Notes under the pieces: generated by a model | What the model was told of the DNA's origin: nothing | Database searches by the model: none | Seen by the model: only the letters and a program-made list of their open reading frames with translations | Part shown: positions 1-9,895 of the stretch, piece after piece | How positions within the stretch are numbered: the first letter of the stretch is position 1 | How the letters are laid out: each line of letters opens with the position of its first letter | Origin: Pseudothermotoga sp. | Lineage (GTDB): Bacteria; Thermotogota; Thermotogae; Thermotogales; DSM-5069 | Strand: one strand, 5' to 3' | Length of the DNA stretch: 64,000 nucleotides | Assembly: GCA_031962025.1 (NCBI GenBank) | Contig: JAVRKW010000001.1 | Position numbers and translations under genes: made by a program

Positions 1-298
1 CAATGTCCATAATACAATTCAAATGCCACTCTTTCAGTTTGAGGGCTTCCATTTTTGCTTCATTCAGACATAGCAAAATCACTGCTTTGGGATTACTTAG
101 AATGCCCGGTGAGACACTTCTTATGAGTTCAATCGAATGAGGATTGTGATAACAATAAAACTCCCATAGTTGCAAATTACCAGCAGAGGGAGCATAGATT
201 CCAGCAAGCATGATTTCGTGCAATACGGTACTTTCCACCGGTTTGTCTATGAAAGAACGTATACTTCTTCTTCTGAAAATAGCATCTTTAACTTCCAT
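1..298 (-). CDS. Nitroreductase family protein (5' part; runs off window start)
   Basis: Hand translation from ATG 298 (SD GGAGGAG): MEVKDAIFRRRSIRSF...APSAGNLQLWEF...CIMDI. RRSIR and APSxxNxQxW are nitroreductase motifs. Not in the ORF track. Confidence 0.88.
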   Translation of the reverse strand, partial: MEVKDAIFRRRSIRSFIDKPVESTVLHEIMLAGIYAPSAGNLQLWEFYCYHNPHSIELIRSVSPGILSNPKAVILLCLNEAKMEALKLKEWHLNCIMDI

Positions 299-1301
299 TC
301 AAAACTCCTCCCAGAGAAGTTACCTTTTCTTTTGAGTATAAATGGCATTTCACAAATCTGTCAGAGGTTATCTCATAATTTTCAGGCTCCCGCTGTTTGC
401 ATAATTCCCAGGCGAACGGGCATCTTGTATGGAAAGAACAGCCCGGAGGCACGTTTACTGGACTTGGTATTTCACCAGTTGACTGAATTTTCTTGGGCTT
501 GAGATCCTCCTCGGCTTCTGTTACAACAGGGATGGAAGATAGCAACATTTGCGTATATGGATGCGCGGGCTTGGCAAACACATCCAGTGTTGGTCCTTGT
601 TCAATTATCTTGCCCAAATACATGATTGCTATTCTATTTGATATATTTCGAACCAAACTGAGGTCATGAGTTATAAAAAGATATGTTAATCCCAGTTCTT
701 CTTTTAGTTTAAGAAGAGTGCGTATTATCTTGGCTTGTATTGAAACATCCAATGCAGAGGTAGGTTCATCGAGAATTATAAATGATGGTTGGGAAGCAAG
801 GGCTCGTGCAATCGCAACGAGCTGTTTCTCTCCTCCCCCGATATCTCGGGGCAATTTGTAAAGATAATCCAATGGCAGTTCTACCATTTCAATATACTTT
901 GTAATTCTCTTTCTCAATTCTCTTCCGCTTATCCTATCATGAACCAGTATCGGCGCTGCAACAATTTGGGCAATAGATTTAGTTGGGTTAAGAGATGTTC
1001 CAGGATCCTGAAAAACAATCTGAATTTCTCTCTTCAAATCTGCAGAGCGCTTCCAGTGGATTCTACTGATATCTTTCCCTTTATAAATAATTTTGCCCGC
1101 CGTAGGCTCGTACATACCAACTATCGTGTATGCAGTTGTACTTTTCCCTGAGCCTGACTCACCAACTAAAGCAAAAACATCCTTTTCGTTTACATTGAAA
1201 TCTATACCATCCACGGCTTTCACGTAGATATCTTTTTTCTTGGTTGGAAAATACTTTTTGAGATTCTGAATTTGTAAGATCACTTGCACTATATTCATCA
1301 C
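288..1301 (-). CDS. Oligopeptide/dipeptide-type ABC transporter ATP-binding protein (OppF/DppF-like)
   Basis: Walker A GESGSGKST, LDEPTSALD, HPYT, C-terminal GCxFxxRC...C...C motif. Confidence 0.93.
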   Translation of the reverse strand: MMNIVQVILQIQNLKKYFPTKKKDIYVKAVDGIDFNVNEKDVFALVGESGSGKSTTAYTIVGMYEPTAGKIIYKGKDISRIHWKRSADLKREIQIVFQDPGTSLNPTKSIAQIVAAPILVHDRISGRELRKRITKYIEMVELPLDYLYKLPRDIGGGEKQLVAIARALASQPSFIILDEPTSALDVSIQAKIIRTLLKLKEELGLTYLFITHDLSLVRNISNRIAIMYLGKIIEQGPTLDVFAKPAHPYTQMLLSSIPVVTEAEEDLKPKKIQSTGEIPSPVNVPPGCSFHTRCPFAWELCKQREPENYEITSDRFVKCHLYSKEKVTSLGGVLNGS

Positions 1302-1307
1302 TCCTCT

Positions 1308-2282
1308 TCACTTTCTCTCTTCGTAAAGAAAACAAGCAACTTGGTGATTGTCTGTAACTTGATAGAAATGAGGTTTCTCAACAAAACATTTATCCATTGC
1401 GTATTCACACCTTGGAGCGAATCTACAACCTTGAGGTGGATTCAAATAATCTGGAATTCTTCCTTTGATACCTTCTGCTATACCCTCACCTGTCAACCTA
1501 GGCAGTGAAGTCAGCAATCCTTTCGTATAGGGATGATATGGATCTTCAAAAATTTGATAACTGTCGGCATGTTCGACAATGGTTCCAGCATACATCACAT
1601 ATATCCTGTCACATGTTTCCCGAGCAACTCCAAGAGAATGAGTTACAAGAACTAGGGCAAGTTGTTGTTCCTGACACAAATGCTTTATAAGCTTGAGCAC
1701 TTGGTCTTGGATTGTTACATCCAGATTGGTTGTTGGTTCATCGGCTAATATTATATTTGGTTCCGCAGCAAGTGCCATAGCAATACAAACGCGTTGCCTC
1801 ATACCACCGCTCAATTGGAATGGAAAATTAGAATAGAGTCTCTCTGCATCAGGAAGACGTGCAAGCCGCAGCGCGTTGACAGCGGCTTGTGCTGTCTTTT
1901 CAGTACGGCCAGCGGCATACTTTATCACAAGTTCCAATTGCTCGCCAATAGTGAATACAGGATTAAGTGATGCTGTTGGATCCTGAAATACCATTGCTAT
2001 TCTTCGAGCTGGTTCTCTTCTCACGTGATACCTCGTCACTTCCAATATGGTTTTGTCGTTCGCTGTTATTCTGCCATCGGTCAGAATAGCATTATGCGCC
2101 AGGATTCCCATTACAGCCTTCAATGTGGTAGTCTTCCCGCAACCAGTCTCACCGACTAGTCCAACTTTTTCTCCCTTTTTGACTTCCAGATTCACTCTAT
2201 CCAGAACTTTCAACATACCTTTGTAAACCTTGTAAGAAACGCTCAAATTCTCAATCTTCAATGCAATATCAGCGATAGTCAT
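1308..2282 (-). CDS. Oligopeptide/dipeptide-type ABC transporter ATP-binding protein (OppD/DppD-like)
   Basis: GETGCGKTT, LSGGMRQR, ADEPTT, HPYT, GCRFAPRC. Confidence 0.93.
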   Translation of the reverse strand: MTIADIALKIENLSVSYKVYKGMLKVLDRVNLEVKKGEKVGLVGETGCGKTTTLKAVMGILAHNAILTDGRITANDKTILEVTRYHVRREPARRIAMVFQDPTASLNPVFTIGEQLELVIKYAAGRTEKTAQAAVNALRLARLPDAERLYSNFPFQLSGGMRQRVCIAMALAAEPNIILADEPTTNLDVTIQDQVLKLIKHLCQEQQLALVLVTHSLGVARETCDRIYVMYAGTIVEHADSYQIFEDPYHPYTKGLLTSLPRLTGEGIAEGIKGRIPDYLNPPQGCRFAPRCEYAMDKCFVEKPHFYQVTDNHQVACFLYEERK

Positions 2283-2286
2283 GCAC

Positions 2287-3195
2287 TCACTCCCCCGACG
2301 TCAACATTTCTCTGATTCCATCTCCCAGTAGGTTAAAAGCGAGTATTATAACTACTATCATAAGGGCTGGGAACACGGATATCCACCAGTATGTGGGCAA
2401 ATATTTTGCACCGTCAGAAACCATGGTTCCGAGTGCGGGAGTTGGTGGTTGTTCACCAAGGCCGACAAAGCTGAGTGAGGCGCCAGTAAGAATAACCCAT
2501 CCTACATCGAGTGTCATCTTTGTAAGGATAGAACCAAGATGGTTTGGCAGTATTTCTGAAAACATGATTTTGAGCCGACTCATTCCAATCAATTCTGTGG
2601 CTTTGATAAATGGTTCATTTCTGATCGAAATTGTCATTCCATATACCAGCCTAGCATACCAAGGCCACCAGGAAACACAAACCGCGATCATTGAATTTGT
2701 CAGTGTCGGTTTGAGTAAAGCAGCAATCGCCAAAGCAAGAACCAAAGGTGGTACTGCCAAAAACACGTCTGTTATCCTCATAATAACAGTACTGAACCAA
2801 GTTCCTTCAAAATAGCCACCAATCAGTCCAACGACTGTCCCAAGTGGTACAACAATTGCAAGGACTACTGATCCCATTATTAATGCTCCTCTGAAGGCAA
2901 AAAACACTCTGCTTAGTATGTCGCGCCCCATAGCATCTGTTCCAAAAGGATGGGTCAGACTTGGTGGTCTGCAGGTGTTTCCAAAATCCACAAATGGGCC
3001 AGCGTGTTCAGGGAATGGTGCTACAAAAGGAGCAAATACAGCAATGAATACTATGGTTAATACCATAACTAGGCCGAGAACAGAAAGCTTACTCCTCGAA
3101 AAGCGATACCATGCACGCTTCAATCTCTCTTTGTATGCAGAACCTACGGTTAACTCCCCTATTGCATGTCCTTCACGCAACTTTGCTCCCCCCAA
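2287..3195 (-). CDS. ABC transporter permease (OppC/DppC-like)
   Basis: HPFGTDAMGRD, LSFVGLG, AFNLLGDGIRE; multiple TM helices; exact start uncertain. Confidence 0.92.
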   Translation of the reverse strand: MGGAKLREGHAIGELTVGSAYKERLKRAWYRFSRSKLSVLGLVMVLTIVFIAVFAPFVAPFPEHAGPFVDFGNTCRPPSLTHPFGTDAMGRDILSRVFFAFRGALIMGSVVLAIVVPLGTVVGLIGGYFEGTWFSTVIMRITDVFLAVPPLVLALAIAALLKPTLTNSMIAVCVSWWPWYARLVYGMTISIRNEPFIKATELIGMSRLKIMFSEILPNHLGSILTKMTLDVGWVILTGASLSFVGLGEQPPTPALGTMVSDGAKYLPTYWWISVFPALMIVVIILAFNLLGDGIREMLTSGE

Positions 3196-4201
3196 ATCTC
3201 ACTCTTGGATCAAGATATGCTATTATGACATCTATGATGATATTTGCGACAGTATAAGCAATGCCTATGATTAAAACTACACTTATGATTGCGAAAAGAT
3301 CTTTGTTCAACATTGCCTCAACACCATATCTTGAGAAGCCAGGATAGAGAAAGACCAGTTCAACCAGGAAAGCATTACCGAGTAATGCGGCGATATCAAG
3401 AGCCATTATCGAAACAGGAGCTACGAGCGAAGGTTTCAACAGAAGGCGTTTGTAGATCAACTTTTCGGGTATACCATATGCCCTGGCTGCCAGAATGTAA
3501 TCTTTTTCGGCATTATCGACCATGCTAGCTCTAGTCATTCTTGCCGCTTGTGCCGCTCCTCCCATAGCCAATGCTAACGAAGGAAGGATAATGTGCCATA
3601 GTGCATCGAGAGCAACGCGGAACCGCCCTGTTAGCAGACCGTCGATGGTGTACATCCCAGTGATTCTCGGAGGAGGAGTTAGATTTGAACTTAACCTTCC
3701 AATAGTTGGGAAAATCGGAATGATATATGAGAATACTAGAGAGAACAAAATTGCCCAGACAAAAGCAGGTGTAACTATTCCAACGTAAGACATTATTCTG
3801 ATCACACCATCCAACCATGTTTTGGCAAATCTTGCCGACAACCTTCCCAGATTGATTCCAATGATAGCCATGAAAACCGCTGAAAGGCATATTATTTCAA
3901 GCGATGCCGGTAGATATTCCGCGATATCTACTTTTATTGAACGTCTCGACCGCAATGACTCACCAAGGTCACCCTTCAATAAGTTTGATAACCAAAGAAA
4001 ATACCTTTCCACCAGGGGTTTGTCAAGATTCATTTGCTTTCTCAATGCTTCAACAGCCCATTCTGGAGCCCTTGGGCCCAGAGCCATACGAGCGGGATCG
4101 CCAGGAACAATGTTGGAAATCAAGAAAATCAGAACAGAAACACCTAGAAGAACCCCCACTGAGTAAATCAGACGTTTGATGAAATACTTTGCTAAGGACA
4201 T
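3173..4201 (-). CDS. ABC transporter permease (OppB/DppB-like)
   Basis: VPGDPA, GDLGES, DYILAARAYG (EAA loop), YLDPRVR. Confidence 0.92.
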   Translation of the reverse strand: MSLAKYFIKRLIYSVGVLLGVSVLIFLISNIVPGDPARMALGPRAPEWAVEALRKQMNLDKPLVERYFLWLSNLLKGDLGESLRSRRSIKVDIAEYLPASLEIICLSAVFMAIIGINLGRLSARFAKTWLDGVIRIMSYVGIVTPAFVWAILFSLVFSYIIPIFPTIGRLSSNLTPPPRITGMYTIDGLLTGRFRVALDALWHIILPSLALAMGGAAQAARMTRASMVDNAEKDYILAARAYGIPEKLIYKRLLLKPSLVAPVSIMALDIAALLGNAFLVELVFLYPGFSRYGVEAMLNKDLFAIISVVLIIGIAYTVANIIIDVIIAYLDPRVRFGGSKVA

Positions 4202-4220
4202 GACACTCACCACCGCTAGA

Positions 4221-4265
4221 TTTCATAACCTGGATAGGGGCCCAACCCTATCCAGGTAAATGAAA
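4221..4265 (-). terminator. Intergenic stem-loop between SBP and permease genes (mRNA stabiliser or partial terminator)
   Basis: Perfect 12-bp stem ACCTGGATAGGG (4228-4239) / CCCTATCCAGGT (4246-4257), extended by TTTCAT/ATGAAA. Confidence 0.65.
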
Positions 4266-4271
4266 ATATCC

Positions 4272-5894
4272 TTACTTTCTCTTTTCCGGGAATACTTTCA
4301 TATCGTGTGCGTAAAGAGTGTAACCAAGTGGTAATGCGATTTTTTTACCCTGTTTCAGCCAGTCTGCAACAGGCCAGTAAACGTAGGATGCCTGATAGGC
4401 TCTTGTTTCCGCACGATCTATCAACCATATAGTAGGACACAGATCAACCAGTTTTCTCTGAATAGCATAGTATTTCTCATATCGCTTTTGTGTATCAATT
4501 GTTGCCAAAGCATCCTCGATCATCGCGTCTATCTCTGGATCGAGCAACCATTCACATTGTTCCCACGTGCCGGTGGATTTTGAATGATAGCGTGTGGCCA
4601 GCATTCCACCGGCTTCCATGTAATGAGCTGCCACGAATATGATCGAGAGATGTGGCGTAGTTTCAATATTTTGAGCATCAGCTATCATTGAACCAAATGG
4701 TTTCTTTGTGATTTCAACTTTGATACCCAGTTTTGCAAAATTTGCTTGCAGCATGAGTGCAATTTTTTCTTCCTCTGGGACTTCGGCACACCAGGACAAA
4801 GAGAGGGGATACTTATCAAGTTGTCCATAATATTTGGATTTCTTAAGTTCTTCGCGTGCTTTGTCCAGGTTAAACTCAGCCGGTTGTAACGTCGGGTCAT
4901 GGCCCGGTAAAGTTTGTGGCACAGGACCACGTGGTACAAGGGAACCTGGAAAGATCTTTTCTGCAACTGTTTTATAATCAGTTGCATATGCTAATGCTCT
5001 CCTGAAATGAATGTCATCAGTAGGTGGTTTCCGCGTATGAATCATAACATTAAGGTTCATACCACCTGGTACGAAGCGTATTACCTCTACTCCAGGCATT
5101 TTTGCCATAGCTTCATAACTTTCCATGGGTTGGATTTCGTCAGTTATCTCAAGCTCTTTCTTTGCAACCATAGTTCTTATGGTGACCGGGTCTGCGGTTG
5201 CCATTTCTTTGAAGTATTCTGGAGCATTAGCTTCCCATCCACCCCACCAGTCTGCAAACTTCTTTGCCAGCACATATTCTTCCATCTTGACATCTACGAC
5301 TGCGTATGGACCACTTCCCGCATCATGTTCAAGTAACCACTTGCGACCGTAATCACCATATTCACCATATGGACCGGGTTGAATATGTTTCAGCACCTCA
5401 TCTTTCTCTAGAATATATAATCTCACAAGGATACTAAGGAATGGTCCACATGGTTTTTTCAGCTTAAACTGAACTGTGTAACGATCAAGGGCTTTCACAT
5501 CTTCAATAAAGGGTTCAAACAGGTAAGCAAATCCTTCACCTATGGTCAACAATCTCTTGGTAGAAAAAACGACATCTTCAGCTGTCAGCTCATTGCCTGA
5601 ATGGAATTTCACACCTTTTCTCAGGTGAAAAGTCCAGGTCAAACCATCTGCTGATACTTCCCAATCCGTTGCAAGATGCGGTCTGACAGTCCCATCTGGG
5701 TTGGGAAATACGAGACTATCGTATAGATTGACAATAGCTATACAGTCTGAGAAATCGCTTCCAACAGCAGGATCGATATACGTTGGCCAATCTTCTGTTG
5801 TGCGTATGATGCTATCAGATTGGCCAAAACACGTGGCAGCCATTAATAGGAACACTAAGGACCCTACCGTAAACAGACATACCAGTTGTCTCAC
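4272..5894 (-). CDS. ABC transporter substrate-binding protein, family 5
   Basis: Signal peptide, LYDSLV...PHLATDW...DGLTWTFHLRKGVKFHSG (SBP_bac_5 signature), GSGPY. Confidence 0.93.
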   Translation of the reverse strand: MRQLVCLFTVGSLVFLLMAATCFGQSDSIIRTTEDWPTYIDPAVGSDFSDCIAIVNLYDSLVFPNPDGTVRPHLATDWEVSADGLTWTFHLRKGVKFHSGNELTAEDVVFSTKRLLTIGEGFAYLFEPFIEDVKALDRYTVQFKLKKPCGPFLSILVRLYILEKDEVLKHIQPGPYGEYGDYGRKWLLEHDAGSGPYAVVDVKMEEYVLAKKFADWWGGWEANAPEYFKEMATADPVTIRTMVAKKELEITDEIQPMESYEAMAKMPGVEVIRFVPGGMNLNVMIHTRKPPTDDIHFRRALAYATDYKTVAEKIFPGSLVPRGPVPQTLPGHDPTLQPAEFNLDKAREELKKSKYYGQLDKYPLSLSWCAEVPEEEKIALMLQANFAKLGIKVEITKKPFGSMIADAQNIETTPHLSIIFVAAHYMEAGGMLATRYHSKSTGTWEQCEWLLDPEIDAMIEDALATIDTQKRYEKYYAIQRKLVDLCPTIWLIDRAETRAYQASYVYWPVADWLKQGKKIALPLGYTLYAHDMKVFPEKRK

Positions 5895-5928
5895 CGCGAT
5901 CCCTCCCTTTCAAAAAATATCCAGCGGA

Positions 5929-7068
5929 TCATCTTCCCCCTGTAACCAGATCGAATGGTTTGTAGTCGATGTTGAAACCAAAGTGTTTCGGGCCAAGAAC
6001 CTCTAACCCTTTCTTGCTGAGAAATTCATTACGAGCTGGGACTCCGATAACTGCTACATTCATTCCTTCGTGAATATCGGGATTATACAACGGTTCACAT
6101 TCAGGATGTGTAACTACTATCAACATATCGGGGCTAGTTACATAAGGTTTGTCATCCAGCCAACTTATGTGATTCTCGTTCTTGAACCATATTCTGAATT
6201 TGTGATTTCTGAAATGGTTGTTTCCACTGATTTCATGATATCCCCAGTAATAACCATCTCTGTCTTCCCACTGTTTTTCCACGACCCTACCGGTAAAGAG
6301 TACCTTGCCTCTGAGTTTCTCCACGAGTTTTTCCAGAGGATCCCTACCTGAACTCCTCTCTTCCCTTATCAATCTTCCTACTTCCAGACACTCTGTTAGG
6401 GTCCCTCGAATCAATATTTTCTTCATTTCGTCAACAGGCATCAGGTATCCAGCTTGACCGGCTACACCAAATGCTGCCGCTGATAAATACTTTCCGATGC
6501 GTTCTGCAACCATAGGATTGAGAGCCTTTTCAATGTAACATACATTTCCCCACTGATCCCACGATGCTATTGGGCATGGTTCTTTATCGTGTAAATATGG
6601 AGTAGTCTGAACGATTTCTGGAATAGCCCTTCCTGTGAAATCACCATCGACGACAACCAAATCGAGGTCTGCTGCTGCTGTAATAGCCGCAGGTGTGTTG
6701 GCACCTCCCAATTCGATTGGTACTATGACAGAGATAGATGTACCTGTGTACTTCTCAAGTGCTTCAATCGCCTTTGTCAAGAGATTAACTGTAGCTTTTC
6801 TTTCTTGGTTTAAACCTAATTCCTTCATCTGGTTGATAGCACTATCTGTAAGGGGAGCTATGGATCCCATGAGAAAAGGGCATGCGGCATATCCATTTGC
6901 TGGGATTTCATTCACATCAAGCCATCTAATCGAGCCTTTGGCAGTTAGTACTTGTTTCAGTAGTTGGATACCCTCAGCTGGTTTACCTCCACCACCAGTA
7001 CCAAAAAAAGTACAACCACGAACAAAGTCCTCGATGTCCTCGAGAGTTTTTAGGGTTGTTGTTGACAA
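5929..7068 (-). CDS. DUF917 family protein
   Basis: GCTFFGTGGGG, PIELGGANT, VVDGDFTGRAIPE, WFKNEN, TSPD motifs typical of DUF917; probable TTG start 7068 after SD AAGGGGG. Confidence 0.85.
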   Translation of the reverse strand: MSTTTLKTLEDIEDFVRGCTFFGTGGGGKPAEGIQLLKQVLTAKGSIRWLDVNEIPANGYAACPFLMGSIAPLTDSAINQMKELGLNQERKATVNLLTKAIEALEKYTGTSISVIVPIELGGANTPAAITAAADLDLVVVDGDFTGRAIPEIVQTTPYLHDKEPCPIASWDQWGNVCYIEKALNPMVAERIGKYLSAAAFGVAGQAGYLMPVDEMKKILIRGTLTECLEVGRLIREERSSGRDPLEKLVEKLRGKVLFTGRVVEKQWEDRDGYYWGYHEISGNNHFRNHKFRIWFKNENHISWLDDKPYVTSPDMLIVVTHPECEPLYNPDIHEGMNVAVIGVPARNEFLSKKGLEVLGPKHFGFNIDYKPFDLVTGGR

Positions 7069-7100
7069 ATTATTCCCCCCTTTCCTGATGAGGTTAAAAC

Positions 7101-7865
7101 TCAAGACTCAGAAATGGGTTTAGCACGATAGCCCAGTTTTTGAGAAATTTCATCCGCAACTATTTGCAATTTCAAAGCTATTTCACGTATGTCTTCTTCT
7201 GTGTGTGAAGGTAATAAAAGCACACTAATTGCAGCAACGATCTTGTTTGTATAATCAAAAACAGGAACCCCCAAACCTCTGACGCCTACTCTATGTTCGT
7301 GTTGATCAATAGAATATCCTCGAGACCGAATCTCTTTAAGTTGGTTTCTGAGTTTTTCTGGATCCGTTACTGTGTAGGGCGTATATGGTTTAAGGTCAAT
7401 ACGTCTAATGTAATCATCGAGTTCGGCTTCCGGTAACCATGCTAGGATAACTTTGCCTAAAGCTGTTGGATATAAATCGAAAGCCTCGCCTATTCTTGAA
7501 ATTGAAGGCATTGTCTTACTGCTTCCCACTTTTAAAATGCATACACCCATGTCCCCCTCTTTCACAGCCATATGAACTGTCAACTGAGCCTCCTCGCTGA
7601 ACCTAAGAAGTATTGGATAAGCAATCTCATATAGTTCATTATTACTAAGCACTCTACTTGCCAGGTCTACTATTCTATACGATGCTTTGTATCTACCACT
7701 ATGGGAATCTTTATAGATGTAACGTGTTTTCTCAAGCATCTTAAGGTAATAACATACATTCGGTCGCGATTCACCTGTTAATGAAGCCAGCTGCGAAACT
7801 GTGACTCCAGATTTCTCAGAACAAATCAACTCTAATATTTGGATAGTCTTATGAACGCTACTCAT
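7101..7865 (-). CDS. IclR family transcriptional regulator
   Basis: N-terminal HTH (SVHKTIQILE...), TALGKVILA, PYTPYT, IRSRGYS, GVPVFD. Confidence 0.92.
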   Translation of the reverse strand: MSSVHKTIQILELICSEKSGVTVSQLASLTGESRPNVCYYLKMLEKTRYIYKDSHSGRYKASYRIVDLASRVLSNNELYEIAYPILLRFSEEAQLTVHMAVKEGDMGVCILKVGSSKTMPSISRIGEAFDLYPTALGKVILAWLPEAELDDYIRRIDLKPYTPYTVTDPEKLRNQLKEIRSRGYSIDQHEHRVGVRGLGVPVFDYTNKIVAAISVLLLPSHTEEDIREIALKLQIVADEISQKLGYRAKPISES

Positions 7866-8476
7866 AATCCACCCAATCTTTTGATTCAATATTATTTAAT
7901 CAATTAAACTATATCTAAACCTCAACTTGTTTATGTCATGCTCATCTTATTTTGTCAAGTTTTGTATATAACAAATAACAAGTAAAAACAGCTTTTGTAC
8001 CTGGTTTTCAATAAAAATTCTTCTTTTTCTTAAAATATCTTTTAAAATAACCCTGTTTCTCTTTTTTTCTTTCAATTTCAAATATCATTACATAAACATT
8101 AACATATGACCTCTGTTCTCAGTTTTTTCCAAAACACCACTGACAATGTAATTGACAATGTAGTTAGAACTGAGCTGGTACAAGGACATGCTGAGGTACC
8201 AAATAGACTGTGATTTTTTGGTGTTGTTTGAGCAATATGTGTGATGCGGCACTGTTTGTCTTGAATGAGCCTGGCACTTGAGTTCACGGTGAAAACAACA
8301 CATTGGTTTAAATAAAAAGCAACACATTCAAAATCAACTGAATGGCATTCTTGATGCTATACTAAAAATGTAGCAGGGTTTATAAAATTGATTTCAGCGT
8401 TGTGAAAATAGGTATCAAGATAAGCGCCAGAGCAAAACAGTTGGTCTTTTTAAGTTTTGGTTATTGGTTGATTTTT

Positions 8477-8553
8477 GGGGCCGTAGCTCAGCTTGGGAGA
8501 GCGCTACCATGGCACGGTAGAGGTCGTGGGTTCAAGTCCCATCGGCTCCACCA
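8477..8553 (+). tRNA. tRNA-Ala (GGC)
   Basis: Cloverleaf: GGGGCCG/CGGCTCC acceptor stem with G3:U70, anticodon stem CTACC/GGTAG with loop ATGGCAC, T-loop TTCAAGT, encoded CCA. Confidence 0.97.
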
Positions 8554-8577
8554 GAAGGCATTTTTGGAGGCATCCAG

Positions 8578-9393
8578 GTGAAAAAGGCGCTCATTTTGTG
8601 TTTGTTCTTAATTCCAATCATTACACTTGCACAGATAGTAGTTGTCTCCATAAAACCATTGGCATTGATAGTTCAAAGCATCTGTCCAGAGGATGTTCAG
8701 ATCAAGGTCATCATGTCCAACACCAACCCGCATCTGTACGAATTGAAAATCAGCGATATGAATCTACTTCAGAAGGCAGATTTGATAGTTCTGTCTGGAA
8801 TTGAGGACTGGGCAGGCAAGGTTCAGGAGCTTTTTGGGTCAAAAACCCTGGTCTTTTCAGATTATGTTTTTGAGCACATAGCTACTGAAGACAGGCATCT
8901 GTGGCTTGACCCAATTTATGCGGTGATTTTTTCCCACATTATATACCAGAGGCTCTCTCAGATTGCACCGCAGAATTCAGATATATATCAGCAGAACTGG
9001 AAAAACTTTGCCGACACGATCATTGCCAAAACCTTTGAGTGGTATGAAAAAACATCTGTGCTCAGAAACAAATCAATTTTTGAACAGCATCCCGCTTTAA
9101 CACATTTTGCAAAACGATTTGGTATTAAGCAAGTTATTTCTCTTGAAACTGGTCATGAAGAGGGAATCACAACAAAGAAATTGTCTGAAATAATTTCAAT
9201 CCTGAAAAAAGAAAAAGTTCGCTACATGGTGGTCGAAAAGGATATTTATTCTTTGGCAGCTAAAAATGTCGCAGAACAGCTTAATTTATCTCTGGTAGAA
9301 GTAGACGTACTGGCACAGGATTGTGCCAGCTATGAAGATTTAATTGATTCCATTGTCAATACACTTGTCAACGCTGAAAATACTCATCGCTGA
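8578..9393 (+). CDS. Metal (Zn/Mn) ABC transporter substrate-binding protein, ZnuA-like
   Basis: Signal peptide, VVSIKPL, NPHLYE, DRHLWLDP, QHPALTHFAKRFG. Confidence 0.88.
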   Translation: MKKALILCLFLIPIITLAQIVVVSIKPLALIVQSICPEDVQIKVIMSNTNPHLYELKISDMNLLQKADLIVLSGIEDWAGKVQELFGSKTLVFSDYVFEHIATEDRHLWLDPIYAVIFSHIIYQRLSQIAPQNSDIYQQNWKNFADTIIAKTFEWYEKTSVLRNKSIFEQHPALTHFAKRFGIKQVISLETGHEEGITTKKLSEIISILKKEKVRYMVVEKDIYSLAAKNVAEQLNLSLVEVDVLAQDCASYEDLIDSIVNTLVNAENTHR

Positions 9394-9895
9394 GTATACT
9401 CATGACTAAAACATCGTGATACTGACCGTTCAGATATCTGGCTTTTCTCAATCTTCCTTCGTGGACAAATCCGCATTTTTCATAAACATGTATGGCTCTT
9501 TTGTTGTATTCGTACACTCTTAAAGATACTCTGTTGAGGTTGAGATATTCAAATGCGTATTTCAGAGTCAACTTTGTCGCTTCTGTACCAAGTCCTGTAT
9601 TCCAGTACTTTTTGTCTGTTATTGCTATGCCAAATTCAGCCGCTCTGTTGACCCAATCGATCTGATGCAATCCAGTTGTGCCAACCAATTTTTCTACGTT
9701 CGTTGGTACCACAGCAAAGACCACATCTTTTTGATTGGAATAAAGACTTCTCACCCACTCTTCTTCTCTTATCCTGTTTAATGGAAAAACCAGCAGTAAG
9801 TTCTGTCTGACTTCTGGATCGTTTATGTTCAAAAGTTGTTCGATATCTGATAATTCAACGGGTCTTAGAATGATTTTTTCACCTTTGAGTATCAA
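9368..9895 (-). CDS. GNAT acetyltransferase, RimJ/RimL family
   Basis: AEFGIAI..KYWNTGLGTEA, YNKRAIHVYEKCGF..EG; probable TTG start 9895. Confidence 0.88.
   Translation of the reverse strand: MILKGEKIILRPVELSDIEQLLNINDPEVRQNLLLVFPLNRIREEEWVRSLYSNQKDVVFAVVPTNVEKLVGTTGLHQIDWVNRAAEFGIAITDKKYWNTGLGTEATKLTLKYAFEYLNLNRVSLRVYEYNKRAIHVYEKCGFVHEGRLRKARYLNGQYHDVLVMSILSDEYFQR

Noticed and set aside
8088..8327. Small ORFs in the IclR-tRNA spacer
   Set aside because: No SD, no recognisable motifs, atypical composition
8493..8804. 103-aa ORF
   Set aside because: Starts inside tRNA-Ala and overlaps the ZnuA-like gene out of frame
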